A stretch of DNA of 63,852 bases, the filler included, from Craspedostauros australis (lineage: Eukaryota), in the NCBI GenBank assembly GCA_030167865.1. It is 22 parts of 22 records of this genome, joined end to end, with 100 filler letters (N's around TTAATTAATTAA, not from the genome) between each part and the next. Parts side by side here need not be neighbours in the genome. Positions count along the whole stretch, not along the records: positions 11,347 to 14,854 come from JALAGF010003254.1; positions 14,955 to 16,310 come from JALAGF010003256.1; positions 16,411 to 17,888 come from JALAGF010003257.1; positions 17,989 to 19,119 come from JALAGF010003258.1; positions 19,220 to 20,558 come from JALAGF010003259.1; positions 20,659 to 24,662 come from JALAGF010003260.1; 16 more parts are not named here. One strand, given 5' to 3'. Below, piece after piece: positions 11,374-24,000 of this stretch. The notes below the pieces were generated by a model that was not told the DNA's origin, did not search any database, and saw nothing but the letters and a program-made list of their open reading frames with translations. A program made the translations under genes and the position numbers. Each line of letters begins with the position of its first letter. Position 1 is the stretch's first letter.

Positions 11374-14300
11374 TCACCACCCCATGAGCATACGGCGCAG
11401 ATGCTCAAATGCGTCCCGCGCGAGGCCCTTAGTGAAGATGTCGGCAATTTGGTTGGGTGTCGGCACGTGAAGGATCCGAATGAAACCCTCCTTGACCCAG
11501 TGCCAGAAGAAGTGCCACTTGGTTAGGAAATGCTTGGTTCGTGCCGTGACCTTGTGATTCGTTGCCAGTGAGATACACGCCTCGTTNTCCTCAAACACGG
11601 TGCACTGGATGTTGGTTTGCAGCGATTGGTTGAGGTTGGTTGATGCTTTCACTTCGTTGATAAGTTGTTGCATCGGGATGAGAGCGCGCATGGCGAGAGA
11701 GAGAGCGGCGTACTCCGATTCCATTGTGGACAAGGCGATTTCCGTCTGCAGCTTCGATTTCCACACAAGCGGACAGCCACCGAGGATGATGACATACCCT
11801 GTGCGGGAGCGTACTGCGTTTGGGGAGTCGTCGGCCTCGCGCTTGTACAGGCCTGCGAAATCGGCATCAACGTAGCATTCCAGGTTGAGTTGACCCGTCG
11901 GGCGTACGATGGTTCCCATGGTGTTGGTGTGACGAAGGTAGCGCACTATCATTTTGATTGCCTTTGCGTGTGGCTGGCGAGGGTCGTTGCTGAATCGCGC
12001 CACTTGAGAGACGGCGAAAGCCAGGTCGGGGCGTGTATTCGTAGTCAAGTAGAGTAGCATGCCAACGACGGAGCGGTAGTTCCATGCCTCCTTCATCGGA
12101 GGTTGATCAATGGACGCTCCAAGGGCAAGTTGTGTTGTGGGTGTCACGTTGGGTTTGCAGTTCTGCATGCCTGTAGCGTTGATGATCTTGTTGATGAGGC
12201 CGGTTTGTTTGAGGTGGATGGTGTTGTTCTTGGGATCTCTGTGTAGCGATATTCCCAGGAATTCCGTGAAGGTGCCTTCTCGTGTGAGATCAAATCCGCG
12301 CTTACGCATGGACTCAATGAATGCGTCCGCTTCTTCTTCCGTGCGCGAAGCAATGCCAGCGTCGTCCACATAGAGGACGATCATCATCCCATCGCGCATG
12401 AACAGGCACCGTTCTTGATCACACGCATGGAATCCTTCTGCGAGGAGAGCACGTACAAGGTGTTGGTACCATAGCTTGGGAGCTATAGTTAACCCGTAGA
12501 GGCTTTTGATCAGCTTGAGGCATGTATCGGGTCCGTTGGTTGATCGGAATCCGCGTGGAAGGTGTAGGTATACCGGACGATGGATGTCGGCTTGTACGAA
12601 GGCGTTTGAGAAATCAATTGACGTTGTGACCCAGCGAAGCAAAATGGAAAGGATGAGAAAGACGCGAACAGAGGACCAGGCAACGACCGGAGCGTAAGTT
12701 GCTTCTGTTTCAGTCATCATGTCGCCTCTGCAGCACCACCGTCCCTTATACTTCTTTACCGTGCCGTCGGGCATCCGCTTGCGCCGAAACACCCACGTGC
12801 CAGGGAAGATGCGATCAGTAGCGGTGGATTTTGGCACCTCAATCCAAGTCCCCTTTTTGGTAAGGTCGTGAATTTCTTTGTGTGCGGCTGCCATCCATTC
12901 TTGTTTGTTGTCGTCGTTCATCGCTTCGCTGAAGGAGAGGGTGTCGGGATCGGCCTTGGATGCCTTGTAGCTGACGTGTCGATCCGAGATGCTGAGATCG
13001 CCTCCGGTCGTGAAGAAGTTGAGTAAGTCGTACGTGATGAAGGCGCGGTGGTGGTCGGTGTGATCGTCACCATCGTGCTCAAGGGTTGCTGCCATCGCGT
13101 AGTGTTCGTCGGTTTCGTCATTCTCATGTTGTCGTGAAGAATGGGCGTTTGTCGGAGCTGAGGCACGATGTTCGGCCGGTTCAAATTCGCTTGGCGGAGC
13201 CATGATTGTCGGTGGGACCTCCGGCGCGACGCCGAGTTGGATGTGCAGGTGCAGTATGCCGATTTCAAAACGCTCGTCGTGCGTAATGAGGTGCCAAGCG
13301 AAACCCGCTCGTCGCATGAAGTCCTGCACCCGTTCGTCTTCGTCCGGTGGTCGTAGGCCATTTTCCATGGCGGCGATGGCCCGTTCCAAAGTGTATCGCT
13401 GACCTTGTGTTCTTGGTATGAAACCGAAGTATGAGACGGGGAGGTGGTATTCGCCTGTTTCGAGCATTTCTTCGACGGCATCGACGAATCGGCGAATGGC
13501 GTAGTAAACGCACTGGCTCCTTACGGCTTCCGTCGGGAATCGAAATCGCACTACATGGTCAAAGTAATGGCCGATGTGTCGAGTGATGTTGATATGGTGT
13601 GGCCAAAGGTGGCCGATGTCGATGGGGCGCATTGTGGTGCCTGGAAGTGGATCGTCGTCTTCCGAGGACGAGTCGGAGTGATTGCGCATCATGAGGATGT
13701 GGTGCTCGTTGGTTGGTGTTCCTTTGCTGGCTGCCGCCTCTTCTTGTTCCTTGTGCATTCTAGCTCGGATTTCGAGTTGCTGGATGCGAAGCATCCTTTC
13801 CATCTCAAGGTCGCCCTGTGCCCAACGTCGTTCCTCCCAGGTCAATTCGGTGATGTCGATTGTCGCCAGATTTCGGAGCATGGAGTCAGCGTTGCGCACC
13901 AGATCGTGGGCTTTCTGTGTTACTATTTCGTTTGTGTGGGTTGTGTAGCACTGAAGAGTCGCGCGGCAGGTTTGGAGAGCATACTTCATGTCTTCCACGG
14001 CTTGGTCTTTGCTAGGTTCACTTGTCGCGATGGTGGTTACGTTTGCGCTGGCTTCGGATGGTTGTGTGATGTCGTCGGCCCAAGCCACTTTTCCGCCCAA
14101 AGTGTCGTAGGTGAGGCGCTCAACGGTCCGTCGCTCTCGTGGTGTGCGCTTGTTGATGCGTTCAGAGCGGCGTAGTGGAGGCGGTTTTGCCTTTCTAATC
14201 GTTGGTTGTTCTGTTGGTACAGTGATGGATTGGCGCGGCGGTGAAGTTGGAGGAGAGTCGATCGGTGGTTGCACGTCGTCGTCACTGTTGCCGTTAGCAA

Positions 14301-14854
14301 CTCCCTCTGTCGGTGGCAACGGTTGAGGGAGGCTTGTCGGAGTCTCTTCGGCTCCCTCTTTCGACGGCATTGGTGGTATCGGCTTGTTGATATCGATGGT
14401 TGTTGGCGAGCGGCTGGTTTGCTGAGGTGGTTGCACTTGGTCGATTGGGGTGACTTCGTTCTTCGTGTGTGATGTCACGGGTTGCCTCAAAATGTGAGTT
14501 GGTGAATTTTGTTCACTCACAATCGGGGTTCTTGTGTTTGGCGTTTCTGACAACAATTTTGCTGGCGGATCGTCATCGTGTGAGGGAAGGAATCGCTGAT
14601 GGTCGGCTTCATCCTCTCGCTCGATGTCCTGCTCTTCCATAGCAACGACATCGTCGTCATCGAACGGTATTTGATACGTAGTATCGCCGAACATGTGTGT
14701 CCATTCCGTTGAATTGTAGTCTGGGAGGTCAGCCAAATCAGTCGCTATCGTCGCAAACCAATCGTCAAATACAACGTGAAATTGTGGTGTGATTGATCCT
14801 GTCCTCGGCGAGAGGACCAGCGGAACCGTGGATGCGTGGCGAGCGGAGAGTCCC
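11374..14854 (-). mobile_element. Ty1/copia (CoDi-like) pol fragment, copy B: integrase C-end + long linker with unknown domain + RT + RNase H
   Basis: The frame is open to the contig edge and includes the integrase C-terminal motif TGSITPQFHVVFDDWF (about 14757-14804). RT/RH protein is nearly identical to copy A and the 3' UTR is shared. Confidence 0.95.
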
Positions 14855-14954
14855 NNNNNNNNNNNNNNNNNNNNNNNNNNNNNNNNNNNNNNNNNNNNTT
14901 AATTAATTAANNNNNNNNNNNNNNNNNNNNNNNNNNNNNNNNNNNNNNNNNNNN

Positions 14955-16310
14955 TCACATTGGGCCAGGTATGCGAGTTGGTTGACTTCTGTTGCTGTGA
15001 GGTTGCAGGCAAAAGAGATGGATGTCGTGTCCCATGGGGGGTTCGTGTTGCACCCTGGTGGGTTCTGCCTCGGGTTCCCTGGATGGTTTGTTAGGGTGGG
15101 TACCCTTTGCGGTGGCGCGGTGTTCACGCCTGTCGTGACTGGATCCGCTGCGATGGTCTGGATTATGGATCTGATCGTTCCATGGACGATGTTCTTCCAT
15201 GGGATGCCTTTCTTGGTGCCTGTTGACAAAACAGATCGTTTGTTTTGCTTGGTCCTCTTATTCCCTCCCCTTTCTTCGGGGCTGTCATCCATGCGTTGGT
15301 ATGATGGTGGTCCCGACGAACACGGAAGATACGAAGACCCTGGGTCAGAGTCTCCCCTGTCTGGCGCATCGGGGCTCGTTCGCGGATTGTCCTTCTCGGT
15401 GGCACGCGTCGTGTGTGCCTTCGCCGTCCGTTTGGTTAGCGTTTGGGATCGGGTGACGGGTCCTGTGTTCCGTGCCTCCCCTGAATTGGGGATCCCGGTG
15501 GGTCGCGTCAGTTTGTCGGTCTTGTTCTCCCATGTCCGCGGGTGTGTCGTCTTGGCTGTCGCTGCATATCCTCTTTTAGGTGGGGTCTTGGTCTTCCATC
15601 CTTGTGGGGTACCGGACAGTTCCAGCGGGGTCCGTGTGCTGGGGTTATCCGCCTCGGGGTCCATGTCTTGNTCGAAGGTGACACGCCTGTTGTTGTTTAT
15701 ACCCTTCCTGAAGGGGCGGACCACGCTTCGTACCAGTACACGTCGAGATTCGTCATCCAGCACGTGGTAGGTGAGGAAATCCCCATGGGACTCTGCCACG
15801 CCGAGCCAGTACCCTGATTTCTCCTTCGAGTTCGGAAAGGTAGCGTTGGGGTCATGGTACAAGATCTTCTCGTAGAATTGGAAAGTCAAGAGCGCAGAGA
15901 TGTCGACGGTTTCTCCGTGTCGTACGGTGTATGGGATTGTGTATCGTAGGGACGGGTCTGATGTATGGTTGTGCACGTAGCACATGTATCGGAAAGCGTG
16001 GAACCATGCTTTTGGCGGTGCCCCTGTCCGGTCAATGAGTGTCGTGACACATCGTTTCATGTACAGGATGGCATTGTGTTCGGCCGGGTTCTGTTGCTGG
16101 TTGTGTGGTTCTGTCAGCCTTGATTTGATGTGGAGGTCCCTAAGAAGCTTGAGGACCTTCTCTCCGGTCTGTTCCTTCGCGTTGTCGCTGTGGAAGGCCC
16201 ATGGTGCTCCCTCAGTCCTGATGAAGTCCTGGAAGGCGACGAAAACTCCTTCTTTCTTCTTCAGGCCATATGCGTTGATCATGTGGGAGGATGTCCCGTA
16301 GAAGATTTGC
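14955..16310 (-). mobile_element. Copia integrase core and downstream linker fragment
   Basis: FQDFIRTEGAP..HSDNAKEQ, TEPHNQQQNPAE (D,D-35-E region), GETVDIS, GYWLGVAESHGD and VRSVVRP. Confidence 0.9.
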
Positions 16311-16411
16311 NNNNNNNNNNNNNNNNNNNNNNNNNNNNNNNNNNNNNNNNNNNNTTAATTAATTAANNNNNNNNNNNNNNNNNNNNNNNNNNNNNNNNNN
16401 NNNNNNNNNNC

Positions 16412-17584
16412 GTGACTCCCTGGGTGTGCGCGGGATGCCATATGTTTGTGTGTGCACAGTCAAATGAGGAAAAGAGGGCGTGGATGGAGACACAGGGGAT
16501 ACCACCTACCCTGGCACTGTGCAATTTCCCTGTGAAGAAGGTGGCAGCGGTGGTCGAGAACACATGCCATCATCTTCTCCACCGCAACCCAACATTATGG
16601 TGTTCTGAAACCAACCTGGACTACACCAAGCGCAGCACAAATGAGGAGGTCCGACAGAAGAAGGCAGATGCCCGGGCAAAGCGTGCTACCGCAAGGATCG
16701 CCCAAGAAAGAGCAAGACTTGCCACGGAAATTGCTGCAACTGCAGAAGCTGATGCCGAAGATGCATTGCTTGCCCAGGCCTCTGCTGTTCCTGCCCATGG
16801 ACTGAACAATACTGGTGCGAACATCTCAGATTGTACCGATGGACCAGATGGAAGCAGGGGTGTCATGGCGCCAGATGCAACCATGCAGATCATGGGGAGG
16901 GGAGATCAGGACAAGTACGAGCCAGGGGCAAGCAGCGAGGCCCCATTCGTGGCCGCTGCGGACGCTGTGGAAGAACTGGGCACTGATCTCCGCAGAAGCG
17001 AAACAACCATGGCACAGAAAACAAACAATGTACCACCATCCATGATAGACACATTGCTTCGACACACGTTGGTCAGAGATGGACACAGACGGAATGCACT
17101 GGAAGGAGACTTTGATTGCCAGTCAGTATCGACCAATTCAGCAAGCGGAGATGTACATGTTGGAGCAACTGTGGTGCAACGATCTGGTTCAAGACTTCGG
17201 AAGAGACGAAGAGGAGAAAGAAGGGGCGTCCCAGCAACTTTGGGTCAGACGACGTGCGATGCCTCTTCTTCGACATTGTCTGTTAGCATCGATCGTGACT
17301 TTGGAAATGGCAACAATCATCCTGCCACATCAAAAGGAACTCCAGGAGGAACGCGAATCGAGTATGGATCATGTGATGAAGATGTGATTTTGGTGGATAC
17401 GAGAAGAGAAGCCTCTGCCTCCGTCCATGTTGCTGCCAAGAATTCGACACCAAGTCCAAGCAGAGGTGCCAATGCAAGAGATGGAAGTCCAAACAGACTA
17501 TCGCGCACAATAAAGAAGGAACTCGCGGCAGCCAGGCAGCGTACGAGGAAACGGATGCGATCAAGAAATGATAATTGTATGTAA
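16412..17584 (+). CDS. Hypothetical protein fragment (Cys-containing N-part, coiled coil, low complexity)
   Basis: 390-codon open frame from the contig edge with no recognisable domain. Confidence 0.3.
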   Translation: MTPWVCAGCHMFVCAQSNEEKRAWMETQGIPPTLALCNFPVKKVAAVVENTCHHLLHRNPTLWCSETNLDYTKRSTNEEVRQKKADARAKRATARIAQERARLATEIAATAEADAEDALLAQASAVPAHGLNNTGANISDCTDGPDGSRGVMAPDATMQIMGRGDQDKYEPGASSEAPFVAAADAVEELGTDLRRSETTMAQKTNNVPPSMIDTLLRHTLVRDGHRRNALEGDFDCQSVSTNSASGDVHVGATVVQRSGSRLRKRRRGERRGVPATLGQTTCDASSSTLSVSIDRDFGNGNNHPATSKGTPGGTRIEYGSCDEDVILVDTRREASASVHVAAKNSTPSPSRGANARDGSPNRLSRTIKKELAAARQRTRKRMRSRNDNCM

Positions 17585-17988
17585 GGATCCAGGAATAATG
17601 GAACTGTCATAAGATTAGATTTGCAAGGAACTCATGTGCCATCAGGAGGAGAGAGAGGATGCACTGTTGTCGCCAAGTATTTGTGAAAAGGCGCACCAAA
17701 AGCACCAGAATCCGGTGCCGGGATTGTGAAGGAGACAGCGCCGAAAAGCTGATGCATGATGAGAAGCACGGCAAGCATGTTGGTGGATGCAGGTACCAGA
17801 CATCGAAATAGCAAGGTAGAATATGATTACCCCAGATCCCATGACGTCGAGAAAGCAAGTCAGGCGCACGGAAAGGAACCCCTGAGACNNNNNNNNNNNN
17901 NNNNNNNNNNNNNNNNNNNNNNNNNNNNNNNNTTAATTAATTAANNNNNNNNNNNNNNNNNNNNNNNNNNNNNNNNNNNNNNNNNNNN

Positions 17989-19065
17989 ATCAACTGCAAA
18001 GACAGCAATGGTTCCACTCCCCTTCATGACGCATGCCGCACTGGCCAGCTGGAGTGTGTGAAGTACCTCATCAAATCATGCAAGGCTGACATCAACTGCA
18101 AAAACAACGATGGTTCCACTCTCCTTCATCTGGCATGCTTCAATGGCCAGCTGAAGTGTGCGGAGTACCTCATCAAATCATGCAGGGCTGACATCAACTG
18201 CAAAAACAACAATGGCAACACTCCCCTTCATGACGCATGCCGCACTGGCCAGCTGGAGTGTGTGAAGTACCTCATCGAATCATGCAGGGCTGACATCAAC
18301 TGCAAAAACAACTCTGGTTCCACTCCCCTTCATGAGGCACGCTCCAACGGCTACCTGGAGTGTGTGGAGTACGTCGTTGCATCAGCCAATGCCAATAACG
18401 ACATCCAACGCAACAACAACAACATCGACATCCAAAGCAACAACAACACAATCGACATCCAAAGCAACAACAACACAATCGACATCCAAAGTAACAACAA
18501 CAACAACAACAACATCCAAAGCAACAACAACACAACCGACATCCAAAGCAACAACAACGAAATCAACATCCAAAGTAACAACAACAACACCAACCTCCAA
18601 CGCAACAACAACAAAATTGACATCCAAAGCAACAACAACAAAGTCGACATCCAAAGCAACAACAACAAAATCAACATCCAAAGCAACAACAACAACAACA
18701 ACATCCAAAGCAACAACAACAAAATCGACATCCAAAGTAACAAGAACAACACCAAAATCCAAAGCAACAACAACGAAATCAACATCCAAAGCAACAACAA
18801 CAACACCAACCTCCAACGCAACAACAACAAAATTGACATCCAAAGCAACAACAACAAAGTCGACATCCAAAGCAACAACAACAAAATCAACATCCAAAGC
18901 AACAACAACAACAACAACATCCAAAGTAACAACAACAAAGTCGACATCCAAAACAACAACAACAACACCAACATCCAAAGCAACAACAACAACACCAACA
19001 ACATCCAACACAATTGGTTCTGTTGTTGGCGCTGTTGGAAGGCTCCGCGCACAGAGAATCAGTAG
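17989..19065 (+). CDS. Ankyrin-repeat protein, C-terminal half, with Asn-rich repeats and a Cys/Trp tail
   Basis: 34-aa ANK units (GSTPLHDACRTGQLECVKYLIESCRADINCK), then ~200 aa of (I/D)IQSNNNN repeats, then WFCCWRCW. Confidence 0.9.
   Translation: MNCKDSNGSTPLHDACRTGQLECVKYLIKSCKADINCKNNDGSTLLHLACFNGQLKCAEYLIKSCRADINCKNNNGNTPLHDACRTGQLECVKYLIESCRADINCKNNSGSTPLHEARSNGYLECVEYVVASANANNDIQRNNNNIDIQSNNNTIDIQSNNNTIDIQSNNNNNNNIQSNNNTTDIQSNNNEINIQSNNNNTNLQRNNNKIDIQSNNNKVDIQSNNNKINIQSNNNNNNIQSNNNKIDIQSNKNNTKIQSNNNEINIQSNNNNTNLQRNNNKIDIQSNNNKVDIQSNNNKINIQSNNNNNNIQSNNNKVDIQNNNNNTNIQSNNNNTNNIQHNWFCCWRCWKAPRTENQ
18395..19012 (+). repeat. Coding minisatellite, (AAC)n interspersed with GACATCCAAAGC
   Basis: Directly visible; encodes the Asn-rich region. 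Confidence 0.95.
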
Positions 19066-19219
19066 TTGTAACACTCTTTGGCTGTAAGTGTTTCTGTTAC
19101 TTGTTACTGTAGTTGTTACNNNNNNNNNNNNNNNNNNNNNNNNNNNNNNNNNNNNNNNNNNNNTTAATTAATTAANNNNNNNNNNNNNNNNNNNNNNNNN
19201 NNNNNNNNNNNNNNNNNNN

Positions 19220-20241
19220 CAGTTGATGTCAGCCCTGCATGATTCGATGAGGTACTTCACACACTCCAGCTGGCCAGTGCGGCATGCGTCATGAAGGGGA
19301 GTGTTGCCATTGTTGTTTTTGCAGTTGATGTCAGCCCTGCATGATTTGATGAGGTACTCCGCACACTTCAGCTGGCCATTGAAGCATGCCAGATGAAGGA
19401 GAGTGGAACCATCGTTGTTTTTGCAGTTGATGTCAGCCTTGCATGATTTGATGAGGTACTTCACACACTCCAGCTGGCCAGTGCGGCATGCGTCATGAAG
19501 GGGAGTGGAACCATTGCTGTCTTTGCAGTTGATGTCAGCCCTGCATGATTCGATGAGGTACTTCACACACTCCAGCTGGCCGGTGAAGCATGGAGTGGAA
19601 CCAGAGTTGTTTTCGCAGTTGATGTCAGCCCTGCATGATTCAAAGAGATACTTCACACACTCCAGCTCGCTTTTGTGGCATGCCCAATGAAGGGGAGTGG
19701 AACCATTGCTGTCTTTGCAGTTGATGTCAGCCCTGCATGAGTTGATGAGGTACTTCACACACTCCAGCTGGCCGGTAGCGCATGCGTCATGAAGGGGAGT
19801 GGAACCAGAGTTGTTTTTGCAGTTGATGTCAGCCCTGCATGATTCGATGAGGTACTTCACACACTCCAGCTNNNNNNNNNNNNNNNNNNNNNNNNNNNNN
19901 NNNNNNNNNNNNNNNNNTTTGCAGTTGATGTCAGCCCTGCATGATTCGATGAGGTACTTCACACACTCCAGCTGGCCGTTGGAGCATGCGTCATGAAGGG
20001 GAGTGGAACCATTGTCGTCTTTGCAGTTGATGTCAGCCCTGCATGATTCGATGAGGTACTTCACACACTCCAGCTGGCCGGTCAAGCATGCCACATGAAG
20101 GAGAGTGGCACCAAGGATGTATTTGCAGTTGATGTCAACTCCTTCATTCTGCGTCTGGTTCTGCTTCTTCCATTCTTTCAACACCGACAAGTTGCCTATG
20201 AAGGAAGCATCAATGAGTTCATCGATTGTAACATTCGGCAT
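19220..20241 (-). CDS. Ankyrin-repeat protein, N-terminal half of the same gene as 17989-19065
   Basis: ATG at 20241 followed by ~9 near-identical 102-bp ANK repeats. 19220-19533 is the reverse complement of 17989-18302. Confidence 0.9.
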
Positions 20242-20484
20242 TTTGAGAGGATAGTGGATGGTTGCTGGACGATTGACGTTGGACGTTGAACGTTGGACGA
20301 TTGGCGACGGATTGGCTGTCGAGGAAGAGTGTAGCTCGAGTTACCCTTGGCAGAGATATCGATGGTGCGTCTTCAATAGCTTGTATTATTATGAGTACCA
20401 TACGCTGTGTGATGAGTATGAGTGGCAATTCGATGTCTGCCGTTGATGTGCTCGAGTATGGGGTTGAGTGGTGTGTGTCATTGT

Positions 20485-20558
20485 CTTGATCGCGTGGTCC
20501 TCTCCTTCCCTTGATCGCATGGTCCTCTCCTTCCCTTGATCGCATGGTCCTCTCCTTC
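20485..20558. repeat. 25-bp tandem repeat x3 (CTTGATCGCATGGTCCTCTCCTTCC)
   Basis: Directly visible; runs into the contig end. Confidence 0.9.
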
Positions 20559-21002
20559 NNNNNNNNNNNNNNNNNNNNNNNNNNNNNNNNNNNNNNNNNN
20601 NNTTAATTAATTAANNNNNNNNNNNNNNNNNNNNNNNNNNNNNNNNNNNNNNNNNNNNTCAGCCACAGCCACTGCTTCATGACCGTCATCACTGATTGTC
20701 ATGACCTACACTGCAGTGTAACTACATGTGCGGAGAGCAAGGCACTGTATTGACTGTCTACTCTGTTGCACTGAATCAAGTGCATCAGTGCAGGGTCTCG
20801 CCTAGTTGTGTGGCATCGTTTCTTCACCCTACTAACACCAATAAGCTTACTCATAATAACAGACAAGGATTAGCTACAAAGCACTCTACTTCTCATCGTT
20901 ACAAGTTATAACTCTTCAAACAGCACACCTCTCTTGAACTGCATCACACGGCTATCCCGAAGCCGGCAGATTCACGAGGCATTCTCCACCGATTCGCGAC
21001 GC

Positions 21003-24000
21003 CTACGCTCGAATCCTAACTGAAACCCCAAGCCGATCTACTCCGAGGCAATGCCAGAAGTGGGTCGCGTCTTCCTGTTTGCCACAGCTAGGACACAGGT
21101 CTGACTTCCGCAACCCCCACTGCTTCATGCGTTTGCCCATGGGCGCTTCGCCGGTGACAAGCTTGACCGTAAGAAGCCGCTTGATCTGATCCAGCTCTCG
21201 CAAGGACCGGCCGATAACCTCCCACTCAACCTGTTCCAGCTGCCGTACCACTCCTCTCCTCTCGAGGACGTGAACCATGCCATCGCATATTGGACCTCGC
21301 GACACCGCCGAGTACGTTACCCTGGTGACTTTGCCAAGCGAGACGAAGGAAACTTGCTCCCCGTGTATGTGCCCACCGTGGATCTCACTCATTGGGATCG
21401 ACTCTCGCGCTATTCGGGCCAACTTGTCTGCCACCACGTTCATTCTCGCCCACCGGTCTAGGGTGCTCCATCCTGCTTTGTCGTCTTGATGTCCTTTCAC
21501 ATGACGTCCATGGATTTTGATGGGTATCGTGATGCTCAACGTCCGGACCGCCCTCTGCAAGTCGGCATCTGTGGACGTGGGGGACAGTGCCCACTCGTGA
21601 TCCAGGGCTTTGAGAGCCCCCAGGTTGTCACATCCAAGAACAACTGCACCGTCGACGACCCCGTGTGCCGTGCATATGGCACTGAGCATTACCAGCACGC
21701 CGTATATTCCAGCCAGTTCTGCCCGCTGCGACTGCATGACTTCGTTTGTCGCTGGCGCCAGATTGAGGACAAGCAGTTGTGCTCCGCAGCCTTCATGCTC
21801 TGCCAGAATGATCGCCCCAGACGCACCTTTCCCTTCCGCCACTGAGCCGTCACTGCAGGCTACCGCTGAACCCTTCCGTATGGACTCCGCTACCGTTTCC
21901 CAGTCACCTGTCTTTTCGTAGCGTTGTATTGACCATTTTGTCGACCTTGGCATTTCTTTCAGCAGTTGGTCCATTGTCACCTCGTCGGTATGCGTCTCCT
22001 GCAAGCCTTCACCAGTTCCCGCAACCACAATCCGATCTCCTTCCATATATCCGTCTACAATGTGCGTTGCCGTTCCCACTGTTCCATCGGATGGCTCGTA
22101 GAGCTTGGCGCGTCGTCGCCGTGGAATTCGCCGGAAGCACGACCTGGGTTGCTCACGCATAGTGAGACGATCACCTCCTGGATCCCACAAAACCGCTGGC
22201 ACCTGCGACGAATATTGCCTCCACTTGCCCAACGGATGGGCCAGTCTGGCGACTCTTGTCCTGGAGACCTGAAACAGCCTTCGAACGACCTGACCCCGCT
22301 GCCTCCAGTTGGCCAGACTCACGGAACCTATCGGTGGCCACGCCATTCGGGATTCTCTGAGCGGGATGGGTTCCGGACTCCCCGCGGCCGGGTGGAGATG
22401 CTCTCCGTCCACCGTCGTGATATCCGACATCCAGAAGATTCGCTTTTTGATGCGGCACAGGTTGATGACGAGCTCGACTTTCTTGCCGAGCTTGAGGGCT
22501 CTGACGCGCTCCATGATTGGCGCGTCATGTTCGCGAGGGGCATGCAGTATCCTTTGCTCCCACTGCACTGTTTTTCCCACCCTTGCTGCTTCTTGCCATA
22601 CCGCCTTTATCCACGAATCTGTTGCTAGATGCTCCCACTGCGCTGGGTCCTGTTGGAATACCTCTGGCACCCCTACCTGCAATGTCATGATCTCCAGTGA
22701 GGTCCTCATGAGCTTTCCAGTGAGGGTGTGCTGCCCCCAGTGCCTGGCGAGCATTTCGAGGTGCTTCGCCACCTGCACGTAGTAGAGGTGTTGCACTCCC
22801 AATCCAAAACGCTCGAGGGGGCCAAACACTATCCTTCGCGACATATTGCGTTGGACTCCAGCCGCTGGCAACGCTGCCTGGAGCACCGGCCTCATGATTC
22901 TCTCCGTGGCGTCCTTCGTAAATGTGGAACTGGTCAACGGATACTCCAGAGTTTTCCAGATGGTGGCCTTCATGGCAATCCACGTGTGGGTCCTTAGCAT
23001 GCGACTTCGCTGCACCTTGTCTGCCCACTTCTCTGCTTTCTCCATGTAGTATGCCTCATTGTCATCTTGCACGCCGTTGTGCCGAACCATGACTCCCAGA
23101 GCCTTCCTGGCTTGGCCCACCTGCAGTCGCAGAAGAGTAGCCCTTTGCTGACTGTCAGGCTGCCGGATGCTGATGTCTCCTGGCTGCTCGTCGATGCGTT
23201 TGTACTGCCATTGTTGCCCGTCCCATTTGAAGACCATGAGGTACCAGTAGCTTTTGCTGGGCTCCAAAGCACCCCCTGTCGCTCTCAACATTCCTTCCCA
23301 CGAGTCCACTATCCGTTGTACTTCTGCCGTGCATGCTTCGGGATCGTTGACGTCAGCTTGGACCGAGTGGATAAGGTCCGTATCGTCCACGAACGAAAAA
23401 CACACGAGCTTGGTCTCTTCTGCCGTGATAGGACTCGTCGCGCCGAACCCGTAGCCTTTCGCTGCCATTGCTTGCATGATGGGAGAGCTCATAGCCACCC
23501 ACCCAGCTGGCGATATGCCTAGACCTTGCAGCAGCCCCTGCAACTTCGTGCCACGTCGTGGATATGTCCTGGACGATTTTCCAAATCCAGTGAGAACGTG
23601 GTGCTGCATGGACTGAATGGCTGAGGTGACGCTGCGGCTCACCGTGGTTGGAACACCGAGACGTTGCATACTGAGTTCGAGCGGCACGTGAGCCATTCGA
23701 TCATAGCAACTTTTTGCATCGTTGGAGCATATGCAACTGGGTGATGCCGTCATCCGTACGATGTCGTCCGTCATCCGGTTGTTCAAGCTGACTTCTGCCG
23801 CGCTCCGCTGCTTGCGGCTGCCATATTGCTCCTTGGGCAGCATCTGATGCTTCTCTGCATGCTTCATCATCACTTTGCCGATCCATTTCAAGTTGACGTT
23901 GAAATCCCCTTCGACCAGGCTGATGGTTCGAAATCTTGAGACTCGGAAGTTGCCCGGTTCCTTCAGTAGGGTGACATCCGTGCATACCAGCCACTGCTCC

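Noticed and set aside
18296..19087. Alternative-frame and antisense ORFs (poly-T/K, poly-L, poly-V, poly-C)
   Set aside because: By-products of the (AAC)n coding repeat.
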